From assembly GCF_009914755.1 (NCBI RefSeq), contig NC_060931.1: 64,000 bases of DNA; one strand, given 5' to 3'. Shown here in pieces: positions 1 through 11,609 of this stretch. Position 1 is the first letter of the stretch; each line of letters starts with the position of its first letter. The stretch comes from the human T2T-CHM13v2.0 reference genome, Homo sapiens. A program made the position numbers and the translations under genes. The notes below the pieces were generated by a model. It did not search any database. It was not told the DNA's origin and worked only from the letters and a program-made list of their open reading frames with translations.

Positions 1-259
1 AGAACGTCACGTGGGAACAGAGGCAGAGCCTGGAGTGATGCTTCTACAGCCAAAGAACAGCAAGGATTGCCAGCAACACTGGGAGCTGAGAAAAAGACCT
101 GGAACACATTCTCCCCTGGAGTCTTCAGAGAGACTGTGGCCTTGCCGACAACTTGATTTCAGATTCCTGGCCTCCAGAACTGTGAGAAAATACAGTTCTG
201 TTGTTTAAAACAACTCAGTGTGTGTGATTTTATCACAGCAGCCCTGGGAAATGAATACA
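1..259 (+). mobile_element. MLT1-type MaLR LTR, 3' part
   Basis: Typical MLT1 3' end: gatttcagattcctggcctccagaactgtgagaaaatac...acagcagccctgggaaatgaataca. Confidence 0.75.
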
Positions 260-656
260 GCATTCGCCCAGTACAGTTTATCAGGATTGAGTCCAACTGA
301 CTGCTTTCCACTTGTCCCATTTTTCTTTTATTTTTTATTTGCAGCCTTCTTTTGGATTAACTACAATTTTTTTCCACTTCATTTATTTGCTCTTCAAGCA
401 TGTGCTCTCCCTCCCCTTACCTCCCTTTGCTTGGCAAAGCCACAACTTTACAAAATGATACACTAGGAATTTCTGCAAGCAAATTTAAAAAGTCTACAGT
501 TAATCATCTTTGTCCTCCTCCCAAATTACATAAAGATATTATAATACTTAAACTTGGATCAGCTCTTTCCTTATATGTTATTGTGACCAGTATTTTAGTT
601 TTATATTTTAAAAAACCTGTAAGTTAGACATTAATGTGATGTTATATGGTCAATGA

Positions 657-1056
<400 letters not shown>

Positions 1057-1465
1057 TGGAATTTTCTTTAGTAAGGATCTGTTGGTGGTAATTTTTCTCA
1101 GCAATTGTTTATTCTTGAAGAATCGTTTTTCAGGGAACAGAATTCTGACCTGGCTGTTATTTCCTCTCATTGAATGTGTTACCACACTATCTTCTGGCCA
1201 GCAGTGGGTGATTTCATATTTCTCACCAGCTACCCTCTAAAGGACCTAGTTCTCACCCATGGCCAGAAGATCAAGGTATATATTGCAAAGCCCAAGGACC
1301 AGGCGAGGGGGTATTGGGAAGATCAGAGGAGTGGGAGCTGAGAGAAACGCCAACTGCTCAGTGGGGGAGGGTGTCCTCTGATTCTTCAGCCTTTGCACAG
1401 AGACTCAGAAACTGGGCTCAGCAATGGGAAAATAAACTAGGACTCCTTTACCACCTTTCATGTTT

Positions 1466-1469
1466 AAAA
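1466..1469 (-). terminator. Pol III T4 terminator of tRNA at 1474-1545
   Basis: aaaa on + (TTTT on -) 5 nt past the discriminator. Confidence 0.6.
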
Positions 1470-1473
1470 TGCT

Positions 1474-1545
1474 AGGGGGCACCCAGATTTGAACTGGGGA
1501 CCTCTTGATCTGCAGTCAAATGCTCTACCCCTGAGCTATACCCCC
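1474..1545 (-). tRNA. TRC-GCA13-1: tRNA-Cys (GCA), intact
   Basis: Reverse complement GGGGGTATAGCTCAGGGGTAGAGCATTTGACTGCAGATCAAGAGGTCCCCAGTTCAAATCTGGGTGCCCCCT; 72 nt, full cloverleaf, A and B boxes, U73. Symbol recalled, not verified. Confidence 0.97.
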
Positions 1546-1907
1546 AGTTACATTAGTAAGGTCCAATTAACAACCTTTCCCTGTGCAGCCACACCCAGAC
1601 CTGCTGTCCTAGATTCCGCTTCAGGATGGGTTTCTGAGTTACAAGGCCTGACTTGCTGCCAACTCAACACCGTGTCTTAGAGGAAGCAACCAGTTCCTTC
1701 TCCCACAGCTCTGCCACCTCTCCACTCTCAGTTCCTGAGTAAGTGCAGGGATCTGGGGAGCAGTCCCCCGACAGCTGGAAGGCTCTCTAGTGACACCTAT
1801 GTTGTGGGTTTTGTGCCGGGGCCTGCAAACAGAGACTCAAAATGCCCAATGGTTTGGCCAAGCCTGCAACACTTCAAAGATAGAACCCACATTTTCTGGA
1901 TACTGGA

Positions 1908-2078
1908 TTTGCCAGCTTTTCAGCTAAGATCACTTTTTAATAACCGCCCCCCACCCCCCACCGCCACCCACCGTGTGAAACCAGGACGACCTCCCTGAAT
2001 TCTCCTTCAAATTCCACATTTGTTTAAGGCAGTTGAACTTTAAAACAGTATTTTAGCTTTTTTGCCTCATATATCGTG
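1908..2078 (+). repeat. Local direct duplication, copy 1 (partner 2804-2951)
   Basis: tttgccagcttttcag...ttttttgcctcatatatcgtg occurs twice, ~0.9 kb apart. Confidence 0.9.
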
Positions 2079-2456
2079 GTGCTTTGTTAGGGCAGCCCTA
2101 GAAAACTAAAACATTCCTCCACAATTATGTTGAATTCTCTCTGCTAAAGTAACTGGTGCAGTTTTTGTCTCAGAACTGGACCCTGAATGATACAGAAATA
2201 GCTACCAGTGGGGCACTAGGAAACATACCTTCAAGGAGGGTATTGGGATGGACTTGGTCTTGTCCTTGGTCTCTAAGGCAGTGCTGAGCACCTGGTTGGA
2301 TCCTGAATTGTAGGGGATGGCCATAGGAAGAAGGTCATAAAGGCACTGTTTCATAAGCTCATCAGCTTCCTTCTATGAGTGGACTGCACTATGGTCTCTA
2401 CTCAAGTAAAACTCGATTTTGTCAGTTCGGCTCAAGGAGGAAAATGAATTCTTTAA

Positions 2457-2528
2457 AGGGGGCACCCAGAGTTGATCCAGGGACCTCTTGATCTACAGTT
2501 AAATGCTCTACCACTGAGCTATAATTGA
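2457..2528 (-). pseudogene. TRY-GTA11-1: tRNA-Cys-derived pseudogene with GTA (Tyr) anticodon
   Basis: Reverse complement TCAATTATAGCTCAGTGGTAGAGCATTTAACTGTAGATCAAGAGGTCCCTGGATCAACTCTGGGTGCCCCCT; Cys body, 5' acceptor strand replaced by TCAAT, B box mutated. Symbol recalled, not verified. Confidence 0.88.
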
Positions 2529-2803
2529 GAATAGTATATAATTTATACTTATAGTTCCATACATACATACAGGTGCTCATGCTGACTCAACAGAGTTGCT
2601 GGTCCTGTTCAACTGTAAGTGGATCTCCTTATGCCATAACTATCTTCCTTTTCCAAAAAGAAACGAACATTTCTTGACATCAGCTTGGATGTCCACTGGA
2701 GGTTCTGCATGAGACAACAAAGTCTGTACCTGGCTTGGTATACAGGCAGAAGATGAAGCCCAGAGGGAAGGTGCTGCTTACAGAGCCAAGGATTCGAACT
2801 TTC

Positions 2804-2951
2804 TTTGCCAGCTTTTCAGTTGAGATCACTTTCTAATAACCCCCAGTGTGAGACCAAGATGACCTCCCTGAATTCTCCTTCAAATTCTACATTTGTTTAA
2901 GGCAGTTGAACATTAAAACAGTATTTTAGCTTTTTTGCCTCATATATCGTG
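2804..2951 (+). repeat. Local direct duplication, copy 2 (partner 1908-2078)
   Basis: Same segment lacking the C-rich tract. Confidence 0.9.
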
Positions 2952-3016
2952 CCCCTTACAAAGCAGGTTCACTGTGCACTGGTTACCACTTCGGCCCACT
3001 GCATCTCAGGCTGCAC

Positions 3017-5097
3017 CCTTACAGAATCCCTGGGGTGTTGCTTTGCCAGCCAGAAACCTCTATGACCAGTGGTGCCTTTGCCTGAGTTTTGCTCTGGCCT
3101 TCTGGGCTTGTTCTACCCACTCAGCCTGTCAGACAGTGCCCAGCTCACACTACTGGCCTGGATCCCACACTTGCCAAGGGCAAGCCAGGCATGAAGTGGC
3201 AAGGGGTCCGTGAGTGAGTGTGGGGTCTGGCCACTGTCCATAGCCAGACACACTGGCTGTGGTGGGGCGGGCAGTTCCAGGCACTGGCATGGATGCCAGC
3301 TCCCTGCAAGGCTGGAGCTGGACCAAGCATACCATAAGCAGCTTCCACAGCTCACACCAGAAAATGCGGTGGTGCCTGGAAGCTCGGAGATGCCAGGAAC
3401 CACAGAGCCCTAAAGGGGGTGTCACAGCCCTGGCTCAGGGAGCTCCTAGGTCTGTGGCTACAGCTCCTCTCTCCTTCTCTCTTCTCTTTTTCTTGTCACC
3501 CACAACGTGGTGAGCAAGGGACATGTTTCAGCCCTGTTTGTGTTACAGCTCTTTTAGCAACCCCATTTGGTGGGTACTGAGTTCTTGTCCTGTGTCCAGG
3601 AAGAATGAGGTACACAGACAAGTGGAGGGTGAGCAAGACGGAGAGGAGCTTTATTGAACAATAGAACAGCTCAGAGGAAACCCACAGTCGGTAGCTCCTC
3701 TACATAGCCATGGTGTCCCGATGAGTGTTCAGCTTTCAGCAGAGAGGGTAGCTCCTCTCTGCAGGCAGGTTGTCCCATCATCTCTTGAGCTCTCAGCAGA
3801 GAGGGTAGCTCCCTTCTGCAGCTGGTTGTCCCGTCATCTCTTCTGGTGTGGCTGAGTCCAGGGTTTTTTATGGGCCTTAGAGGGGAGAAAGTGCATGCCG
3901 ATGGGTCCATGGGTGGCCATGGGCAGGCCCAGAAAAAGCACTGTAAGTACCCACTCTGGTCCATGGGACTGGCAGCTTGGTTCCCAGGCTTCAGGCCTTC
4001 CCCAGCTTGAAGGTGGGGCTTCACTGGGGACCTGCCCCTTTCTGCCCAGGAACCTGTCTGCCTCTTGCCACTGTTCGTAGTGCCCAGGCTCTTTATGCTG
4101 AAGGGTACCTGCAGGCCAGCACCGAGCTGCCCTCAGCCCCTCTTCAGCCTCCCTCCTGTGCTTGTTGGTGCCCAAAGTCCAGAGGGGGCCAAGTGGGCAG
4201 GGGGCTGGTGTGTCACCGCTGTCCCGAGTGTGCACATACTCAGCCAGGTTATGACAGTGCTTGGGCTCGGCCTCAGCTTTGCTGTGTGATTGGAGTAGGT
4301 GTTGACAGCAGAGAGAAGCCAGACAGTGGGATCAGGCACTTCCAAGCCTACTGGAGACAGGGGGGACCCTTCCTGGGTCCCTGAGAGTGCAGAGATGCCT
4401 AGGTCTGCAGCTGCAGCTTGGGCAGCTGCAGCTGTGCCCAGGAGGGTGGGGCCGTTGCCTGCTTCTGGCCCCCGAGAGCTTAGGGATGCCCAGGTCTGCA
4501 GCCACAGCTTGGGTGGCTGCATTTGCCCTTGGGGAGCTCCTGCCAGCTCTGTGGAGTGCAGCACCATCCCAGGCCCCACTCCACCTCAGGGTCTGTCTCT
4601 GCCCACCCCTCTGTTCATGGCTGCACTACTCTCCCACTGATAGGTGACTCAGCCTGGCACCATTGTGCCAGCTCCCAGGGCAGCAGGCTCCGGGGGGCTC
4701 CCAGGGGTGGGCTTTGGGGACTGCTCACCTCCTCTCTGCACTTTCCCTGCAGTGATGGTGGATGAGGTGCCCTGGCCAACCCCACATGAATAAACTCCAT
4801 GCTTTTGGGGCTGGTCCCATGAGTCCTGGCTGCACCTTTGGCTGGGTGTTTGCAGGCTCCCAAGATGCACTGGGGAGTGAGGTTGAGGCTACAGTGGAGG
4901 CTCTGGGCCTGGGAGCAGGTCTTGCCTGGCCATGTGAGGACGGGGGTGGTGCAGTCGGCTGCCTCAGGAACACAGGACACAGGGGCCGCACTGCCACCAC
5001 TGCTGCTCCCACAGCCTCCTGCCACCACAGCCCACACCTCCCCACTGCAGCCAGCATGATGCAAGTGGCCACTCTTCATGGCCTGCTGCTGCCATCA
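3017..5097 (-). mobile_element. MER52-family ERV1 solo LTR (long form), inserted in an older LTR (approx. 2955-3016 and 5098-5510)
   Basis: Begins ttacagaatccctggggtgttgctttgccagccagaaacctc, ends gcctgctgctgccatca (rc TGATGGCAGC); GC-rich; homologous to 50161-51366. Confidence 0.8.
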
Positions 5098-5741
5098 CTC
5101 TACTTGCCTGACTTCAATGAGACAGAGCACTCCCAAACACGTGAGCACCATGAAATGGGTTTATTACTTACACATAGGCAGCAAGGAACAGCAGAAGCCT
5201 AGGATTTGTGACAAACCAGCCCCCCAAAGCTCAGAAAATCGGCCCAGAATAAATGAAGTCTCGTCTGTGCATGCCTCACTTGCCCCACAGCTCAGGGACC
5301 CTGGTAAGCAGCCCACCCTGGGTTTTATACGCCAGAGTCTCATGACTTGCTAGGATAAAGCCTTGATGGACATCCTGTTTCTAGGAGGGACTGGAACAGC
5401 ACCTGGGATGTTTTGGCCCCTTCTTCCATATTTCAGGATGTTGCATTCCCAGCATGTTCTACAGTTATTCCTCAGAACTACAAGCAAGAAAGTGTGGAGA
5501 ACTTGGTTCATCCAAGGCCACCTAGAGAGCTGTCCTGCATTCCTCATTGCTCAGTTCTCCTTTTTGTGTTCCCTTTAACCCCTCCTCCCATCCAGGATGA
5601 CATCAATCTTCTAATTTTTTTGATTCTTTAGGCTTTGTCATCTCCAGATCATTGTCTTTTTTGTACCTTCCCAGTGTGGTCCGAGGCCTGGCTGATCCTA
5701 GGAGAGATGTGTCAGTGCTAATGGGAGGGGGACTCTGATTA

Positions 5742-8300
5742 CAGGAATACCTTGTTTTATTGAATTTCACTTTATTTTGCTTTGCAGATACTGGTGGGGT
5801 TTTTTGTTTGTTTGTTTGTTTGTTTATGCATTGAAGTTTTGTGGCAACCCTGCATCCAACAAGTCTATTGGCACCATTTTTCCAACAAGTGCCCACTTCA
5901 TGATTCCATGTGAGCTTTGGTAAGGCTCACATTATTTCAAACTTTTTCAGATAAGCAACAAGGGAAAGCAGAAGCCTAGGATTTGTGACAAACCAGCCCC
6001 ACCCACCCACCCACTGCCCCAGAGCTCGGAAAAGCTGCCCAGGTGCAAGGAGTAATTCTCACATTGTTTCAGACTTTTGAAAATTATTATATCTGTTATG
6101 GTGATCTGTGATCAGTGATCTTTGATGTTACTATTGTATTGTTTTGGGGTGCCATGAACCAAACCCATATAAGAAAGTGGACTTAATCGATAAATGTTGT
6201 GTATGTTCTGACTGCTCCACCAACCAGCCATTCTCCTGTCTCTCCCTCCTCGGGCCTCCCTAACAACTAAAACACAGCAAGATTGAAATTAGGCCAATTA
6301 ACCCTTCACTGGCCTCTAATTAGGGTTCACATAAAAGGAGGAGTTGCACATCTCTCACTTTAAATCAAAAGCTAAGCATGATTGAATTTAGTATGGAAAG
6401 CATGTCAAAAGCTGAGACAGGCTGAAAGCTAGGCCTTTTGCACCAGTTAGCCAAGTTGTGAATGCAAAGGAAAAGTTCTTGAAGGATATTAAAAGTGATA
6501 CTTGAGTGAACACACAAACGTTAAGAAAGCAAAACAGCCATATTGCTGATATGGAGAAAGTTTGAGTGGTCTGGATAGAAGATCAAACCAGCCATAAGAT
6601 TCTCTTAAGCCAAAGTTTAATCCAGAGCAAGGCCCGAACTCCCTTCAATTCTATAAAAGCTGAGAGTGGTGAGGAAGCTTCAGAAGAAAAGCTTGAGGCT
6701 ACGTAAATTGGTTCATGAGGTTTAAGGAACATAAGAAGACAAAGTGAAGCAGCAAGTGCTGGTGGAGAAGCTGCAGCAAGTTATCCAGAAGATCTAGCTG
6801 AGATTACTGATGAAGGTGGCTGCATAAACAACAGATTTTCAATGTAGATGAAACACTCTTCTATTAGAAGAAGATGCTATCTAGGACTTTCATAGCTAGA
6901 GAGGAGAAGTCAATGCCTGGCTTAAAAGCTTCAAAGGACAACCTGACTCTCTTGTTAGGGGCTGATGCAGTTGGTGATTTAAGATGAAGCCAATGCTCAT
7001 TTACCATTCTGAAAGTCCTAGAGCTCTTAAGAATTATGCTCAATATAATCTGCCTGTACTCTAGAAATGGAATAACAAAGCCTAGATAAGAGTACATCTG
7101 TTTACAGCATGCCTTATTGAATATTTAAAGCTCACTGTTGACATCTACTACTCAGATAGATTCCTTTTAAAATATTACCGCTCATTGATAATGTGTCTGG
7201 TGATCCATGAGCTCTGATGGAGATGAACAAGAAGATGAATGTTATTTTCATGCCTGTGAAGAAAACATCCATTCTGCAGCCCATGGATCAAGAAATAATT
7301 TTGACTTTGAAGTTGTATTACTTAAGAAACACATTTTATAAGGCTGTAGCTGTGATAGATAATGTGGTCCCTCTGACAGATCCGGACAAAGTAAATTGAA
7401 AACTTTCTGGAAAGGATTTACCATTTTAGGTGCCATTAAGACAATTCATGATTCTTGGGAGGAGGTCAAAATGGCAACAATAACAGTAGTTTGGAATTTG
7501 AGTCCAACCCTCATGGATGACTTTGAAGGGTTCAAGACTTCAGTAAAGGAAGTCGCTGCAGATGTGGTGGAAATAGCAGGAGAACTAGAATTAGGAGGGG
7601 AGCCTGAAGATGTGACTGAATTGTTACAATCTCATGATCAAAGTTGAATGGATGAAAAGTTGCTTCTTACAGATGAGCAAAGAAAGTGATTTCTTGAGAT
7701 AGAATCTGCTCCTGGTGACAACGCTGTGAACACTGTTGAAATGACAACAACAGACATAGAATATTTCTTAAACTTTGTTGATAAAGCAGCAGCAGGGCTT
7801 GAGAGAATTGACTCCAATTTTGAAAGAAGTTCTACCATTGGTCAAACTCTATCAAACAGCATCACGTGTTACAGAGGAATCTTTCATAAAAGGAAGAGTA
7901 AATTGATGTGGCAAACTTCATTGTTTTATTTTAAGAAATTGTCACGGCCACTCCAAACTTCAGCAACCATCATGCTGATCTGTCAGCAGCCATCAATATC
8001 AAGGCAAGACCCTCTACCAGTAAAAAAAGATTACAACTGAAGGCTCAGATGATCATTAGCATTTTTTAGGAATAGAGTACTTTTAAATTAAGGTATGCAA
8101 TGTACCTTGCATACCTTAATGTAAGCAATGTACATTGCTTTTTTAGACATAATGTTATTGCACACTTAATAGACTACAGTATAAACATAACTTTTATATG
8201 CACTAGGTAATAAGAAATTCCATGTGACTCACTCTATTGCAATATTCACTTTACAGTGGTAGTCTAGAACTGAACCTGCAGTATCTCCAAGGTATGTCTA
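5742..8300 (+). mobile_element. Tigger1 DNA transposon, near full length, decayed transposase
   Basis: TA + caggaatacctt...aaggtatgtcta TIRs; ORF fragments 7217-7399, 7396-7647, 7726-8040 with pogo/Tigger DDE-domain motifs ([19 protein letters not shown]). Confidence 0.93.
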
Positions 8301-8870
8301 CACTTATATATTGCTGCATAACAAAATCACCCCAAACTTAGCAGCTTAAAACAATAAACATTTATTGTTTTATATCATGCAGTCTTGGAGGTTCAGAAAT
8401 CTGGGAATGACTTAGCTGTGTGGCTGTGATTCAGGGTCTCCTATTAGATTGCAGATAAGATGTCAGCTGGGGCTGCAGTCATCTGAAAGTTTGACTGGGG
8501 CTAGAGGAACCACTCTAAGCTGACTCACTCACATGGCTATTGGAAAGAGGACTCAGTTCCTTAATGCATGTTGGCAGGAGACCTCAATTCCTTGCCATGT
8601 GAGCCTCTTACAGGGCTGTTTGATGTGTCCTTATGACATGACAACTGGCTTCCCTGAGTTTTTATCCAAGAGAGAGCAAGGTAGAGCCACAGTGTATTTT
8701 ATGACTTCATTTCAGAAGTGACACATTGTCATTTCCACCATATTCTATTCATTACAAGTGTGTTACTAAACTCAGTAACACTAAACATAGTGTCTTACTA
8801 AGCACATGGAAGATAATTAAGCTTCACATCTCCAAGGGAGAAATGTTAACATACTTTAAAACTACCAAAG
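8301..8870 (-). mobile_element. MLT1-type MaLR LTR
   Basis: attgctgcataacaaaatcaccccaaacttagcagcttaaaacaataaacatttatt... typical reverse MLT1. Confidence 0.7.
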
Positions 8871-8882
8871 TCAGCTCAAAGT

Positions 8883-9162
8883 AGAAGGAATATAAAGTTG
8901 GATCAGGCTGAATGTATTTAAATGGGCTCACTGAGCTGAGATTTTCCAGATTTAGTGTGTTAGCTCCACGGACTGGGAATGACTCTGAAAGGATATCTTC
9001 AAAGGGGACAGCTGGATTTGAACCAGAGACTTCTTTAATTTGCAGTCAAATGCAGACTATATCCACATTCTGCTAGTGTGGCTGACTGAAAAACAGGCCC
9101 AAAGGTAGCCTACACCAAATGAACTTGAAATGCCAGAGCTTCCTTGGTATGTTGTAGTGGAA
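8883..9162 (+). mobile_element. ERV-L gag remnant interrupted by a tRNA-Cys relic
   Basis: Translates RRNIKLDQAECI*MGSLS...FSVLA...[insert]...VWLTEKQAQR*PTPNELEMPELPWYVV, matching the HERV-L gag motif series. Confidence 0.7.
9003..9066 (-). pseudogene. tRNA-Cys relic, D-arm/A-box deleted, B box intact
   Basis: Reverse complement GTGGATATAGTCTGCATTTGACTGCAAATTAAAGAAGTCTCTGGTTCAAATCCAGCTGTCCCCT. Confidence 0.82.
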
Positions 9163-9291
9163 GATGTGGTAGGTAGAGCTGTAAGACGGCCCCCACAATT
9201 CCTGTACCCTAATATCCATATGTTTGTGTAGTTGCTTCCCCATGAGTGTGGATGGGATGTGTAACTTTTTTCTAATCAACAACATATAGCA

Positions 9292-9606
<315 letters not shown>

Positions 9607-10223
9607 CATATATATAGCAAAGGTGATGGGATGTCGTTTCAGCAATTATGTTACTTATCTGGCAAAGATGAAAGGATTTTGCAAATGGAATAAACCTAAT
9701 CAGCTGACTATAAATTAATCTAAAGGGAGATTATCCTGGATGTGCCTGACTCAATTGTAAGAGGACTTAAGACTTCCTTGAGAGAGTGAGACCTCAAACA
9801 GCCACTAGGTCTGCAATTCCTCTATTCTCTCTACATCCTTCTGCCTTTTGCCTGTGAACAACAAGCTTAAGCTTATGTCTACAGGGTTCCAAAAATCCAA
9901 GCTTGTCATTTTCCTCCTGAAAGAGGTCAAGTGCACTCAGAAGAATCAATCCCATATTATAGTTCTTGCAGCCATCATTAAAACAGCAGCCACTTGGGCT
10001 CCCAAGACATCTACTTCATTTAACACTTAACACAATCAACCACAGTGATAGCTTGATTGGTTGTGATGCCAGTGTATGCCATGGACTACTAGCATCCCAT
10101 TATTTCTCATTGGCAAGGGGCTCCACATTGCACTCAAGCCAAGAATACAAACAAACCAATTCCCCAAACCCATGGTGTGAAGCTATCTACTGATTGCTAC
10201 CACCTTGCCTCTGGTATCAATTC

Positions 10224-11025
10224 TGTACCAATCAGGATCCAATAGGAAGACAGAAACCACATGGTAACTTAACTAGGAAAAGGTTAGTATACAGAAATAG
10301 TAACTCTAGCAGAGGATTGGAATAGTGAGGGACATTGACTAGTGAGGGGCAAAGAGAACTCTAAAGAATATAGGAAGAGCAGATATAGGGAGTAAACCCT
10401 ATCCTAGGGCTGAGAAAGGGCACCCAAGGAAGGAACAGATCTGGAAAAACCCCACCTCCACTGCAGGCTGAGATTTAAGCTTTATTGAAAAGGCTGTGGT
10501 CATGGCTTACAGAGTGGAGAAATTCACTAAGATGCCACAGCAGCTGAGTTCAAGGGGAATCCACCCCTTAGGGTGTTGGGGGTAACGACCCACAGGGAGA
10601 TGTTGCACCTGCAGCAGTCACTGGGAAACTTTATGGGAGTTCTTGGGGAAACCAACCATGAGAAAGTGCTGCCCTCAGAAGTTGCTGCAAAGCTGCCTGA
10701 AAGGTGCTGAGGAAGCCATTCACAAGGAGGTGCCATGCAGCAACACTCCAGAGAAAGCAGACACATGCTGCTGGCTCAGTGTACTGTGCGAGCCCAGAGC
10801 TGCAGATGCTGCACACGCTGCAGGAGCCTCCAGGCAGAGTGCACCACAACCAGGAATACAAACCCTTTCCTTCCCCAGCATCCCTCTTGCACCTTCTACT
10901 GACAAAGCATAACGTTGTGCCACTGACTAGGGAGAAATAGTTACAGGGTCCCACTCCATTATCACAGAGCAGGCAATGAGGGATGCATTTGGAGTCAAGA
11001 GACAATACTTTGATAACTGGCACAG
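10224..11025 (-). mobile_element. Old ERVL-class LTR with adjoining internal sequence (approx. 9950-10223)
   Basis: tgtaccaatcaggatccaataggaagacagaaaccac start, preceded by PBS-side ctggtatcaattc; subfamily uncertain. Confidence 0.5.
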
Positions 11026-11609
11026 GAGACATACTAACAGAGGTTTTCAGCCCTCATCCTAGGGCAGGGCAACAGTTCTACCTGTCCCAGGGCCTCAAAC
11101 CAGCAGGTTGGCCCAGCTGGAGTTGCTGGGGCTGGACACTAAGTCTAGGTTCCCCAGAAACAAAGCTTGAACAAACAAGGGCTTCTGTGTTGGGACCAGA
11201 GACCCCTCCTCTGCAGGTCAATCCCAGGCCCTGAATGGGCAACTTTCCCTGAGGTAGGCTCACCTGCAGTGTGTCTGCTTGCTGGCCCTTCTGTGTGCCT
11301 ATGCTCCCCACCTGGATATCCATCAAGCCACCAAAGTTACTCCCCCACCTTTCAAAAATACTTTTTATTTTATAGAAAACTACATAGAATAATTTAAGAA
11401 TCACCAATATACTTAACACCCAGAAGTGGTAACTGCTATCATGTTAGAACTGGCCCATCATTTTAAGGTAGTGAAACATCACCAACACAGCTATGTCCCC
11501 TGCAACATCCTCCTTCCCAATCCACTCCCATTCCTCCCCTCCCTAAAGACAACTATTATCATGAATTTAGGCTGCATCCTTCCACTTTCCACTTGGTTTT
11601 TATTTTTCA

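Noticed and set aside
1489-1680. Recurring peptide GPLDLQSNALPLSYTP in several ORFs
   Set aside because: It is the antisense translation of the tRNA-Cys genes, useful as a locator but not a protein.
2783-2800. Perfect B box (rc AGTTCGAATCC) as another tRNA relic
   Set aside because: Context gagccaaggattcgaac fits a MIR 3' segment; no other tRNA arms nearby. Same for caggattcaaacc near 43885.
6864-8040. Domesticated Tigger transposase (TIGD-like gene)
   Set aside because: The frame is broken by multiple stops and frameshifts; ordinary decayed Tigger1.
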